Source: Candidatus Campbellbacteria bacterium
GTDB lineage: Bacteria > Patescibacteriota > Minisyncoccia > Phycocordibacterales > UBA1006
DNA length: 64,000 nt
Direction: 5' to 3'
Assembly: GCA_002698305.1 (NCBI GenBank)
Contig: NZWR01000003.1
Location: 10,794 to 74,793, forward strand
Shown: in pieces, positions 39,912 to 48,661 of the stretch
Layout: the number at the start of each line of letters is the position of its first letter
Numbering within the stretch: the stretch's first letter is position 1
Program-made: the position numbers and the translations under genes
The notes under the pieces: model-generated
Told to the model about the DNA's origin: nothing
Database searches by the model: none
Seen by the model: only the letters and a program-made list of their open reading frames with translations

Positions 39912-40496
39912 ATGTTAATTCCAACGGTTATAGAAAAAACTCAGGCAGGTGAACGAGCCTATGATATTTATTCACGACTTTTAAAAGAGCGGATTGTTTT
40001 TATTGGTGGTCCAATTAGCGCTGATCTTGCAAATAGCGTGGTGGCGCAGCTTCTGCATCTTGAACAAGAAGATGCGACTAAAGATATTACTTTGTATATC
40101 AATTCACCAGGAGGGTCAGTTGATGCAGGAATGGCAATGATTGATACGATGCATTTTATTAAACCAGACGTTTCAACGGTATGTATTGGAATGGCGGCCT
40201 CGATGGGAGCTATGCTGCTATCTCAGGGAGCAAAAGGAAAGCGCTATGTATTGCCCAACAGTCGCATTATGATTCACCAACCAATGACTGGGGCAGAAGG
40301 TCAGGCATCAGACATCGCAATTACCGCCGAGCAAATTCTTAAAATTAAAAATATTTTGATTGATATGCTTGCCGACGCAACAGGAAATAAAAGAGCAGAA
40401 GTTGAAAAAGATATGGATCGCGACTACTGGCTTGATGCTAAAATGGCAAAAAAATATGGAATCGTCGACGGTATTATTACCAAACGAAAGAAATAA
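39912..40496 (+). CDS. clpP: ATP-dependent Clp protease proteolytic subunit
   Basis: [38 protein letters not shown]. Confidence 0.98.
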   Translation: MLIPTVIEKTQAGERAYDIYSRLLKERIVFIGGPISADLANSVVAQLLHLEQEDATKDITLYINSPGGSVDAGMAMIDTMHFIKPDVSTVCIGMAASMGAMLLSQGAKGKRYVLPNSRIMIHQPMTGAEGQASDIAITAEQILKIKNILIDMLADATGNKRAEVEKDMDRDYWLDAKMAKKYGIVDGIITKRKK

Positions 40497-40655
40497 CCTC
40501 TATGGAGGTTATTTTTTATAATACATATAAAATTATATTTCAAGCCCTAAATACTGCACATTCTTGTAAAAGCGTTATATAATAGGCTCACACATCAAAC
40601 ACATGCTACATGGGTACGATTGTAAAATTACACGTTTTAATTTGAAATAAAAAAT

Positions 40656-40931
40656 ATGAAAAAAACTGATCTTGTAGAAATGGTTCACGACATGGTAGGA
40701 GGAACTAAAACTCAGGCTGAAGCAGTTATCAAAGGTATCTTCGATGCTATGGCAGAAGAAATGGCAAAAGGAGGAACCGTTGATATTGCTGGGTTTGGGA
40801 AATTTGAAGGTAAAATGCGAAATGCTCGAACAGCACGAAACCCACGAACAGGGGAACCAGTTGAAGTTCCAGCACAACGTGTACCAAAATTCAAAGCTGC
40901 TAAAGGTTTGAAAGATACTGTAAAAGGATAA
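40656..40931 (+). CDS. hup: DNA-binding protein HU
   Basis: GFGKFE, ARNPRTGE, PKFKAAKGLKD. Confidence 0.96.
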   Translation: MKKTDLVEMVHDMVGGTKTQAEAVIKGIFDAMAEEMAKGGTVDIAGFGKFEGKMRNARTARNPRTGEPVEVPAQRVPKFKAAKGLKDTVKG

Positions 40932-41031
40932 TCGATAAAAAGCGCGCAAGCGTTTTTTGTTTTGCCTATCTTGCATTTTGAAATGACTTTGCTAGTATTA
41001 TTGATGTTCTTGAAAAAGAATTAAATAATTT

Positions 41032-41147
41032 GCGGGCGTAGTTTATAAAGCTAGAATATTGGTACTCCAACTAGCTGAGGGGTGACTAGATGTCACACCG
41101 AAGAAGAGTTCGATTCGAATTCTCGTATCACTAAACTACGTCTACCA
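41032..41147 (+). pseudogene. Degenerate tRNA-Gly-like element upstream of tRNA-Gly
   Basis: Starts GCGGGCGTAGTTTA like the tRNA and keeps TAGAATAT, TCCAAC and AGAGTTCGATTC in order, but has an insertion and no acceptor 3' strand. Confidence 0.6.
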
Positions 41148-41153
41148 AAATAT

Positions 41154-41224
41154 GCGGGCGTAGTTTAGTGGTAGAATATCTGGCTTCCAACCAGAGGACG
41201 AGAGTTCGATTCTCTCCGCCCGCA
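41154..41224 (+). tRNA. tRNA-Gly (TCC)
   Basis: GCGGGCG/CGCCCGC acceptor stem, anticodon arm TCTGG-ctTCCaa-CCAGA, T loop GTTCGATT; CCA not encoded. Confidence 0.96.
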
Positions 41225-41420
41225 CATCAGAAAAAACCCTTATTTTTACGGGTTTTTTCTTGTACACGTGGAGGGAAGTATAGTACAAATCGAAACATAT
41301 ATATCTGTAGATGGATAACTTGACAATAGATATTATATATGATATATTTAAATTGAACTACTTTTAGTGAGTTAAAGCAGTAGATAATGTCTTTTGCTTT
41401 AACTCACTAAAAAAAGAAAA

Positions 41421-41624
41421 ATGAGAACAATTCAATTTATGTTTATCGATAAAGTTTCTGGTAAGGTTTATACTAACAAAATAGAAACTGACAAAAAAAT
41501 GACAGAGGATAATATACATCATCCCGAAGAAAGTTACGCTCTAAAAGCAGAACTAACTAAAGACTATGATGAAATAACATTTGCTCGTCAAATAATAATT
41601 ACGTCTTGGAGTATTTTTGAGTAA
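41421..41624 (+). CDS. Hypothetical protein (cassette 1 cargo)
   Basis: 67-aa ORF with own TTGACA-N17-TATATT promoter (41320-41348) and terminator (41643-41670). Confidence 0.7.
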   Translation: MRTIQFMFIDKVSGKVYTNKIETDKKMTEDNIHHPEESYALKAELTKDYDEITFARQIIITSWSIFE

Positions 41625-41693
41625 AATATTTGAAATACTACTAACCCTTTCTTCATAGAAAGGGTTTTTTACTTATCATCTACAATTATATCC

Positions 41694-41717
41694 GTTCGAA
41701 CACTGTCCCACATCGTG
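41694..41717 (+). repeat. Cassette-end site, copy 1
   Basis: GTTCGAACACTGTCCCACATCGTG exact. Confidence 0.95.
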
Positions 41718-41899
41718 CACACCAGAAAAAACCCTTACAAAATAAGGGTTTTTTCTTATACGCCAGTAAAATAACGAACTGTATTTTACAAGTACTCTTG
41801 GGGTGCACGTGGAGGGGAATATGGAGTAAATCGAACTATAATAAAAAAGTACCTCGAACAGAATGTGTTCGAGGTGTTTTTTGTTTACTTTTTAACTCT

Positions 41900-42229
41900 T
41901 TAAATCTTCGCCACCTGCTTTGATTTATAAAGAATTGTTATTCCTAAAATCAAGAATGATAAGCAATACATAATCAAAACTTTATTTCCTACCAGGCTTC
42001 CGTATTGTGTATATGAGCCAATAATAAAAACTGGCATTATCACAAATATGAAGAGCATAACGAAACCCTTAAAAGTCTTAAATTGATTATATGATTCTAG
42101 AACCTTATCGGTTTGTGTAAGTTTGTTCTTTTCCATCCAAGAAATTTGAATATTAAACATACTTGCAACAAAGGAAGAAAAGATAATAGTACCGACCGCA
42201 GTAACGATGTATAAAATTGTGTAAATCAT
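41900..42229 (-). CDS. Small membrane protein (cassette 2 cargo)
   Basis: 109 aa, three hydrophobic segments; divergent promoter at 42270-42282; terminator 41843-41882. Confidence 0.7.
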   Translation of the reverse strand: MIYTILYIVTAVGTIIFSSFVASMFNIQISWMEKNKLTQTDKVLESYNQFKTFKGFVMLFIFVIMPVFIIGSYTQYGSLVGNKVLIMYCLSFLILGITILYKSKQVAKI

Positions 42230-42352
42230 GATAAATTGAATTTGTTTACTTAAATATTGTCATTTTATATTGACTTTGTCAAATAAATATACTATATTTA
42301 TTTACAAACAAGCCATGAACTAACGATTGGCACGACAAAAAAATAAGAGAAG

Positions 42353-43006
42353 ATGAAAACTTTTAAAATTATTTTATCTTGGACAACCGTCCTGTTACTT
42401 ATTGGTAGTGCCATATGGTACTCCTGGTTAACAATAATTGGAGAGATACGTCCTGTTACAACAACTTTTATTCTTGCTTTTATATACTTCACAATTTCTG
42501 AAGCTGCCTATTGGTCAAAAGCAAAGAAAGACGAGATAAGAACAGGTAACAAAACAAGTATTTGGAATAACATGGCTATGCATGCAGGTTATGTAAATGT
42601 AATCATGGCCATGCTAACTGTGATAGGTGTTAAAATCTATAATGGAAATTTCATTGACGATTTTAATATTTTTCAATACATATGTCTCATTTTAAGCGCA
42701 ATAGTACTTATCATCTGGAAGCTAACTAAAAACGCTCAATTGGGATTTGTACTGGTTCAGCTTGTTGCTGTTATTGCCTACATTCCAATGTTCCAGAGAG
42801 TTCTTGTAACAGAGGTTCAAACAGAATCGAACGTTATGTGGGTAGCAATATTATTTGCCTCATTAACAGCAATTCCAAAAGTATGGGAAGGCTACAAAAA
42901 GAACAAAGACTGGTTAAGTATTGTTTATATAGCGAGGGTAATACCTTCAAATATTGCATTAGTTTGTCTAGTATTCGCAAAAGATATAGGAATATACCCA
43001 TTTTAA
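42353..43006 (+). CDS. Polytopic membrane protein, about 7 TM (cassette 2 cargo)
   Basis: 217 aa hydrophobic ORF; IRP and AYIPMF patterns weakly reminiscent of PQ-loop-like transporters. Confidence 0.7.
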   Translation: MKTFKIILSWTTVLLLIGSAIWYSWLTIIGEIRPVTTTFILAFIYFTISEAAYWSKAKKDEIRTGNKTSIWNNMAMHAGYVNVIMAMLTVIGVKIYNGNFIDDFNIFQYICLILSAIVLIIWKLTKNAQLGFVLVQLVAVIAYIPMFQRVLVTEVQTESNVMWVAILFASLTAIPKVWEGYKKNKDWLSIVYIARVIPSNIALVCLVFAKDIGIYPF

Positions 43007-43016
43007 AATTAGATCT

Positions 43017-43208
43017 ATGAAAAAATTAAAAATTATTTCAAGTTACTCAGCGGAAATTGCCGAGCAAGATTACAATAGCTGGCGTAGCGAAAAAGGCAAA
43101 AAAATTGAAATCGTAGAAAAAGAACATCACGTAACCTCAGCATATCACGCAGAGAGAAAGAGAATGGTTCAAGAGTATACTGTTTTTATTTACTATACGT
43201 CCAAATAA
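43017..43208 (+). CDS. Hypothetical protein (cassette 2 cargo)
   Basis: 63-aa ORF 10 nt after the previous gene, ending VFIYY, followed by a terminator at 43230-43258. Confidence 0.65.
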   Translation: MKKLKIISSYSAEIAEQDYNSWRSEKGKKIEIVEKEHHVTSAYHAERKRMVQEYTVFIYYTSK

Positions 43209-43279
43209 ACCCAAAAGTAAAAACTGGTTTAGCCCACTGCATTATGCATGGGCTTTTTTATTCCATATTTAATATATTT

Positions 43280-43303
43280 GTTCGAACACTGTCCCACATC
43301 GTG
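43280..43303 (+). repeat. Cassette-end site, copy 2
   Basis: GTTCGAACACTGTCCCACATCGTG exact. Confidence 0.95.
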
Positions 43304-43387
43304 CACAAATTTTTAAGAAATAACGCGAAAGCGTTTTTCTTTTTAAATTTTGTATGATTCTAGTCGTCATCCATCGTGGTGACCGAT

Positions 43388-43399
43388 TCTCCGCCCGCA
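43388..43399 (+). repeat. Duplicated 3' end of tRNA-Gly (att-like core)
   Basis: TCTCCGCCCGCA identical to tRNA-Gly 41213-41224, preceded by CGAT. Confidence 0.8.
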
Positions 43400-43640
43400 G
43401 GACTTATTTCTAAAGAGCGATAGCGACTATAGAAATAGAACTACCCCTGTGGTGCAACAGAAAAACCCTTTATTTGTAAGGGTTTTTTCTTATACGCCAG
43501 TGAGGTAGAGAGTGATAACGACTATATTCCACAAGTACTCCTGGGGTGCAGGCGGAGGAAATGTATATCAAATGGAACTTTTTATTGACATATAATAATT
43601 TTAATACAAAATGAAGTTAAATCTTAAAAACTCATTTATT

Positions 43641-44027
43641 ATGATAAGTAAAATTTCATCTTACGGTTGGTTCAAATGGACGCTTTTCATCTTGGCTATC
43701 ACTATATTAGTTAATGTTACTAGTGTCTTTGCACAAGTAAATATAAAAATTGCTTCTTTAGCTTGGTTTGCAGTATTAACTGTTCCACATTTATTTCATA
43801 TTTTTTCTTTAATTATTAATAAAAAAAGAAGAGAAGTGTTTATGTATGTTTCAGGAATAGTGATAATTTTTCAAGCTATCACATACATATTTTTCCCTTT
43901 TGAGACTCTTGGATTTTATCCTGTCTTCATAATCTTTTTTATAGGGGCGAGTAATATTGCTGTATACGAAATATTGAAAACGAAACCAGAAGTTAAAGGA
44001 ATTTCCTTTGAAAATAATAATCCTTAA
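43641..44027 (+). CDS. Membrane protein, about 4 TM (cassette 3 cargo)
   Basis: Hydrophobic ORF downstream of TTGACA at 43585; start uncertain (43611 or 43641). Confidence 0.65.
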   Translation: MISKISSYGWFKWTLFILAITILVNVTSVFAQVNIKIASLAWFAVLTVPHLFHIFSLIINKKRREVFMYVSGIVIIFQAITYIFFPFETLGFYPVFIIFFIGASNIAVYEILKTKPEVKGISFENNNP

Positions 44028-44037
44028 AATCAAAATA

Positions 44038-44340
44038 ATGACAAAAATAGTTTCATTCATAGACAAAGAAGAACAATTACTCCTTACTTTGAGATGTAGT
44101 TGTTCTGGAACCCAAGGATGTGACACACATACAGAACTGAGCTTTGCTTATCCTCCTCTTCTTGAACCTAATAATTTTGAGAAAGTTGTTGGTCAATTTA
44201 GTACAAGTAAAAGATCCAAAGATGGTGCCCCAACAGGTGGATTAGTACACGGTACTCTCGAAGATTTATCAGAATTTGCTGATAAATTGAAAGAGATGTG
44301 TGATATAGCAAAAGAAAGAAAATCTAATCTTAAAACCTAA
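44038..44340 (+). CDS. Hypothetical protein with CxC..C.xH motif (cassette 3 cargo)
   Basis: LRCSCSGTQGCDTH; followed by terminator 44351-44379. Confidence 0.65.
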   Translation: MTKIVSFIDKEEQLLLTLRCSCSGTQGCDTHTELSFAYPPLLEPNNFEKVVGQFSTSKRSKDGAPTGGLVHGTLEDLSEFADKLKEMCDIAKERKSNLKT

Positions 44341-44399
44341 AATATTACTGAGCCCATTGCAAATATGCATGGGCTTTTTACTAATCTTTTACTATATCT

Positions 44400-44423
44400 G
44401 TTCGAACACTGTCCCACATCGTG
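44400..44423 (+). repeat. Cassette-end site, copy 3
   Basis: GTTCGAACACTGTCCCACATCGTG exact. Confidence 0.95.
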
Positions 44424-44594
44424 ACCCCAAGGGCACTACCATTTGTATATTCACTTCGTTCATTATAAATTAGGGCACACAGGCGAAAAAATCTTTACGT
44501 GGGCGACTGAAGGTTTAGCCTAAGGGTTTTTTCTCTGACACAATGCGGGATTGATGCAATCGAATTTTTATTTGTATATTGATATAATGAAGTT

Positions 44595-45314
44595 ATGAAA
44601 CATAGCTATAAAATTATGGGAATGACGTGCGATAGTTGCAAAGAAAAGATTACTCAAGCGTTACAGTCAATTCCAGAAATATCTGATGTGAAAATAAACA
44701 GAGAACAGGAAACAGCAGAGGTTTTTATGAATGAGCATGTTCAAACACCTACTATGCAGAAATCATTAGATAAAATAGGTAATTATCGAATTTCAATGAA
44801 CGCAGAAATATCTATATCTTCTATGAAAAAGAGTAGCAGTCATATAAAAGATTTAATTCCTTTGTTTGTGATTGTTGGAGCTGTTCTCCTTTTCTCTATT
44901 ATTACTACCCTAACTACTGATCAAGATTTTAGTTTTGGAATGAGAATGTTTATGGGAGGATTTTTTGTGGTCTTTGGAACATTGAAAGCTATTAAACTCA
45001 AAGACTTTGCCATTGCCTACAAGGAGTACGACCTTCTTGCAATGCGAAGTACGTCATATGCCTATTCATATCCATTTATTGAACTTTGTTTAGGTATCTT
45101 ATATTTCACAAATCTTGCACCTTTTGTAACAAATATTATAACTATTTTTATTATGGGAATAGGAGCTGTTGGTGTATATAGAAAATTGCGTAAAAAAGAA
45201 GAAATACCTTGTGCCTGTCTTGGAACCGTATTCAAGGTGCCAATGACGTGGGTAACACTAGTAGAAAATTTACTCATGGTTGCTATGGCAATTATTATGA
45301 TAGTATTGATGTAA
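44595..45314 (+). CDS. Heavy-metal-associated (HMA) domain plus MauE/DoxX-like membrane domain
   Basis: GMTCDSC; YPFIEL.LG; IPCACLGTVFKVPMT..TLVEN. Confidence 0.88.
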   Translation: MKHSYKIMGMTCDSCKEKITQALQSIPEISDVKINREQETAEVFMNEHVQTPTMQKSLDKIGNYRISMNAEISISSMKKSSSHIKDLIPLFVIVGAVLLFSIITTLTTDQDFSFGMRMFMGGFFVVFGTLKAIKLKDFAIAYKEYDLLAMRSTSYAYSYPFIELCLGILYFTNLAPFVTNIITIFIMGIGAVGVYRKLRKKEEIPCACLGTVFKVPMTWVTLVENLLMVAMAIIMIVLM

Positions 45315-45318
45315 TTAT

Positions 45319-45660
45319 ATGTTTCAGAAGACATACAAATTCATAGGAATATTTATAATACTACTGGTACTTGTTGGGCACCATTCTTTTCAAGCAGAGG
45401 CGATGGAAGCTCCAAGTCACCATAATCAAGAAATTTCTTGCATAGGCCACGATTGCCATCATCAAGCAGAAATGGAGATTTGTGAGAAACTACAAGGCGA
45501 TGAAATACAGATAGTTACTGAATTTGTAGTCCTTCTTGAAAATTCTCATTGTGATTTTATTCACACAAGCGAAACAAATACTGTTCCAAATGAGGTATAT
45601 GAAAAATACCGACAGCGGATACCCTTATCCCAAAAACAACTCGCACGTCCCCACTTGTAA
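45319..45660 (+). CDS. Small secreted His/Cys-containing protein
   Basis: Signal-like N-terminus; HH..C.GHDCHH; lies in the metal operon. Confidence 0.6.
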   Translation: MFQKTYKFIGIFIILLVLVGHHSFQAEAMEAPSHHNQEISCIGHDCHHQAEMEICEKLQGDEIQIVTEFVVLLENSHCDFIHTSETNTVPNEVYEKYRQRIPLSQKQLARPHL

Positions 45661-45709
45661 AATCACAATATCTTTTTATTCGTTTATTTATATAAAAACT
45701 AAAAATACT

Positions 45710-46114
45710 ATGAAAACAAATACACTAATTGCAGTAATTATCTCACTTCTTATTGGAGGAGGGATTGGTTATGCAATGAATAACAATAATGCCCCTATAG
45801 CAGAAGCACCAATGATGATGGATCACTCTATGATGAACCACTCAATGAATATGAATGATATAGGTATGGAAGCAATGATGATGGATATGACAGCCCGCAT
45901 GGAAGGAAAAACAGGAGACGAGCTTGATAGAATTTTCCTTGAAGATATGATCGTTCACCACCAAGGAGCTGTTGATATGGCAATTATCATCAAAGAGAAC
46001 ACCGAGCGACCAGAACTCAAAGCATTTGCACAAGAAATCATTGATGTGCAAGATCAAGAAATCAATATGATGAAGTCTTGGTTGACCGAATGGTTTCTAA
46101 TTGAAGAAAACTAA
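45710..46114 (+). CDS. DUF305/CopM-like Met-rich metal-binding protein
   Basis: Met-rich segment; DRIFLEDMIVHHQGAVDMA...AQEII..Q..EI..MKSWL. Confidence 0.88.
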   Translation: MKTNTLIAVIISLLIGGGIGYAMNNNNAPIAEAPMMMDHSMMNHSMNMNDIGMEAMMMDMTARMEGKTGDELDRIFLEDMIVHHQGAVDMAIIIKENTERPELKAFAQEIIDVQDQEINMMKSWLTEWFLIEEN

Positions 46115-46144
46115 ACTTAATCGAGGTGTGAAGATAGGATACTT

Positions 46145-46168
46145 GTTCTAATAGTGCCCCGCATCGTG
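46145..46168 (+). repeat. Cassette-end site, degenerate copy 4
   Basis: GTTCTAATAGTGCCCCGCATCGTG, 19/24 identical to the consensus, just after the DUF305 gene. Confidence 0.75.
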
Positions 46169-46201
46169 AAAACAAAAAACAGCGCACGCTGTTTTTTGTT
46201 T

Positions 46202-47095
46202 TCAATGACGATGATTGCTGTGTTCCTCGTGTTCTTCTTCGGCTTCTTCAGGATGGTCTTGTTCTTCATATTCATCTCCGTGCTCTTCCTCGTGATTAGA
46301 TTCCTCATCTATAACTGTCATACCTTCTTCATGTTCGTGACTATGTCCTAGTGCTGACGCAATTCCCGTCATAACTAATACCCCTAAAACAAGCGCAGCA
46401 AGCATTTGGCCAACATTCTTTCTATCTTTGAGGATTGTTTTTAATGGAAATAGATCAGTAAATACAATTCCTAAGAAAAAGGTTGCAGTGGCCCCAAGAA
46501 GATAGGCTTGGAGAATTGCACTTTGACCGAGTAACAGCCCGATAGCAATACCAATAAAAATTGATAAGGCGGTCCCAAAATTACGATAGCTTGCTTCGGT
46601 GGTGGTGTATCCTGATTTTCTCAGTACCAGAAATTCTGAAATTTCTTGAGGCGTCTCATGCAAAATAATTGAAAGAGCTGTTGAGCTACCCACTAATGGA
46701 CTGACACCAAATGATGCAACCAAGAGCATTCCATCGGCAATATTATGTACCGCATCACCTATGAGTAATTTCCATGCTGATTTTTTTGAACCTTTGCTGT
46801 GGTCATGGTCCACACCTGCATGTCGGTGCGGCGAAAGGATGTTGTGCAGTATAATATATGCAACAAGACCAATCGCAAATGAAATAATTGCGTTACCCGG
46901 GCTTAGTATTTCAAGGGTTTCTCTTCCTAAAAGAAAGCTTGTTACAAGAAATACTCCAGCACTGACAGCAGTGAGCACGGTAAGATTGCTATTAATAAAT
47001 TCTGCAATGCGGCGGTTTGATCTAACCAACGCTACCCCTAAAATTGATACAAAGGAAATAACTAATCCATATAATAAAACAAGTTCTATATTCAT
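46202..47095 (-). CDS. ZIP family Zn transporter with His/Glu-rich C-tail
   Basis: GDAVHNIADG, LHETPQEISEF, His-rich loop. Confidence 0.92.
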   Translation of the reverse strand: MNIELVLLYGLVISFVSILGVALVRSNRRIAEFINSNLTVLTAVSAGVFLVTSFLLGRETLEILSPGNAIISFAIGLVAYIILHNILSPHRHAGVDHDHSKGSKKSAWKLLIGDAVHNIADGMLLVASFGVSPLVGSSTALSIILHETPQEISEFLVLRKSGYTTTEASYRNFGTALSIFIGIAIGLLLGQSAILQAYLLGATATFFLGIVFTDLFPLKTILKDRKNVGQMLAALVLGVLVMTGIASALGHSHEHEEGMTVIDEESNHEEEHGDEYEEQDHPEEAEEEHEEHSNHRH

Positions 47096-47115
47096 ATGTC
47101 GTTATCATATATAAA

Positions 47116-47155
47116 TGCAAATTATTTGCAAATTAATTATTGCAATTATTTGCAA
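47116..47155. promoter_or_regulatory. Tandem Fur/Zur-box-like palindromes
   Basis: TGCAAAT-T-ATTTGCA (47116-47130) and TTGCAATTATTTGCAA (47140-47155) between divergent ZIP and Fur-family genes. Confidence 0.75.
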
Positions 47156-47173
47156 AAATGAAATGATTATTAT

Positions 47174-47569
47174 ATGTACCGAGATATTATAAAAAAAAGT
47201 GGTTTGTCGATAACAACTAAAAGAATAGCACTCTTGTCTGCGCTGGATAAAGCACAGAGGCCTGTTACCATTGATGAATTGCGAAATCAAATGACTGATA
47301 CCATGGATACATCAACTATGTATCGGTCACTCAAGAAGCTTGTCGATGCGGGCATTGTCTATCAGACTGATTTTCGTGACGGGGTTTCGTATTTTGAGCT
47401 TCAAGGTGATAACCATCATCACCATGTGGTGTGTACTGAGTGTAAGTCACGCAAAAGTATCGACATGTGTGTTAACAAGAATTTCAACAAGGTCGAAAAA
47501 GACACGGGATACACTATTACCAATCATATTTTTGAACTCTTTGGATTATGCGAAAACTGCTCATCATAA
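47174..47569 (+). CDS. zur: Fur family regulator, likely Zur
   Basis: STMYRSL, HHHHVVCTEC, FELFGLCENC; divergent from a ZIP transporter. Confidence 0.85.
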   Translation: MYRDIIKKSGLSITTKRIALLSALDKAQRPVTIDELRNQMTDTMDTSTMYRSLKKLVDAGIVYQTDFRDGVSYFELQGDNHHHHVVCTECKSRKSIDMCVNKNFNKVEKDTGYTITNHIFELFGLCENCSS

Positions 47570-48636
47570 TATGCCTTCTCTTTTCTTCTATTGGTGTCTA
47601 TGCGCAAGAAGCTGCTAACTCTCAACCAGAAGAAATATATACAACGAGCTATGTATCAGGAACGGTTATTGAAAAAGAAATAAATGAAAACGGTTTTGTT
47701 AATTACCGAACGCGTCTTCGTGATGGAAGAATAATAGACGTTGATACGTATGGAGAAGTTATAGAGGAAGGTGACTCTATTTATTTAGAACACTTAGAAG
47801 ACTTGGGTGAATACAATTTCATCACTGTTAATCGGAGCACCAGTGTTATCCTACTCCTCATTCTTTTTGTGGGAAGTATTATTGTGCTTGCTAAAAAGAA
47901 AGGCCTACGCTCACTTGGAAGTTTGATAATAAGTATGGCGCTCTTATTCTTTGGTTTGGTTCCTTTGCTGCTTTCTGGTGTTGATCCAGTACTGGTTACC
48001 ATATTGTTTGGGCTTGGGGTGTTGTTTGTCAGCATCTTTGTCACCCATGGATTTAATTACCAAAGTTTGGTCTCCTTTTTGGGTTCATTTGGGTCGGTGC
48101 TCTTGGCCATCGTGTTAATTGCGTTGGTAAGCGAGTATTCATCTTTAACGGGACTGATTAATGACGAGATTCAGTTCCTCTCTTTTGAATCGGAAAAAGT
48201 GCTGAATCTTACGAGAATTATCTCAGCATCAATTATTATCGGAGTGCTTGGAGTTCTGGATGATATTACGATAACGCAGGTTGCGGTAGTGCGTGAATTA
48301 TCATCTGATACGACACTGACCCGGTCACATATTTTTACCAAGGCTTTGCGTGTTGGAAGAGATCATATTTCATCACTGGTTAATACCCTCGTTTTTGCGT
48401 ACGTCGGGGCTACACTGCCAATGATTATGTTTATTACCTTGTTAGATATCCCTTTCTATATACTAATCAGCCAGGAATTTATTTTTATTGAAATTATTCG
48501 CTCGCTGATTGGGGCTATTGCATTGACGCTTGCTGTTCCTTTGACGACATGGCTTGCTACTCACGTCTTCTTGGGGCATATCCACCGAGATGCGTGTACT
48601 TTGGATTCAGCATGTGCTCATCATCACCATCATTAA
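47548..48636 (+). CDS. YibE/F family membrane protein
   Basis: KGLRSL, IIGVLGVLDDITITQ, VGRDHISSLVNTLVFAYVGATLP; His-rich C-end. Confidence 0.9.
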   Translation: MRKLLIIICLLFSSIGVYAQEAANSQPEEIYTTSYVSGTVIEKEINENGFVNYRTRLRDGRIIDVDTYGEVIEEGDSIYLEHLEDLGEYNFITVNRSTSVILLLILFVGSIIVLAKKKGLRSLGSLIISMALLFFGLVPLLLSGVDPVLVTILFGLGVLFVSIFVTHGFNYQSLVSFLGSFGSVLLAIVLIALVSEYSSLTGLINDEIQFLSFESEKVLNLTRIISASIIIGVLGVLDDITITQVAVVRELSSDTTLTRSHIFTKALRVGRDHISSLVNTLVFAYVGATLPMIMFITLLDIPFYILISQEFIFIEIIRSLIGAIALTLAVPLTTWLATHVFLGHIHRDACTLDSACAHHHHH

Positions 48637-48661
48637 TAAAAACACCGCAGAGGTGTTTTTA

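Larger units (their letters stand above)
41204..46168. mobile_element. tRNA-Gly-anchored array of four gene cassettes separated by repeated att-like sites
   Basis: 24-nt site GTTCGAACACTGTCCCACATCGTG at 41694, 43280 and 44400, degenerate copy at 46145; shared AGAAAAA(A)CCC...GGGTTTTTTCT hairpins and inverted motifs between cassettes. Confidence 0.7.

Noticed and set aside
40575..40976. Minus-strand 133-aa ORF
   Set aside because: Antisense shadow of HU.
41694..46168. 24-nt direct repeats as a CRISPR array
   Set aside because: Spacing is 1.1-1.7 kb with whole genes between copies, and no cas genes are present.
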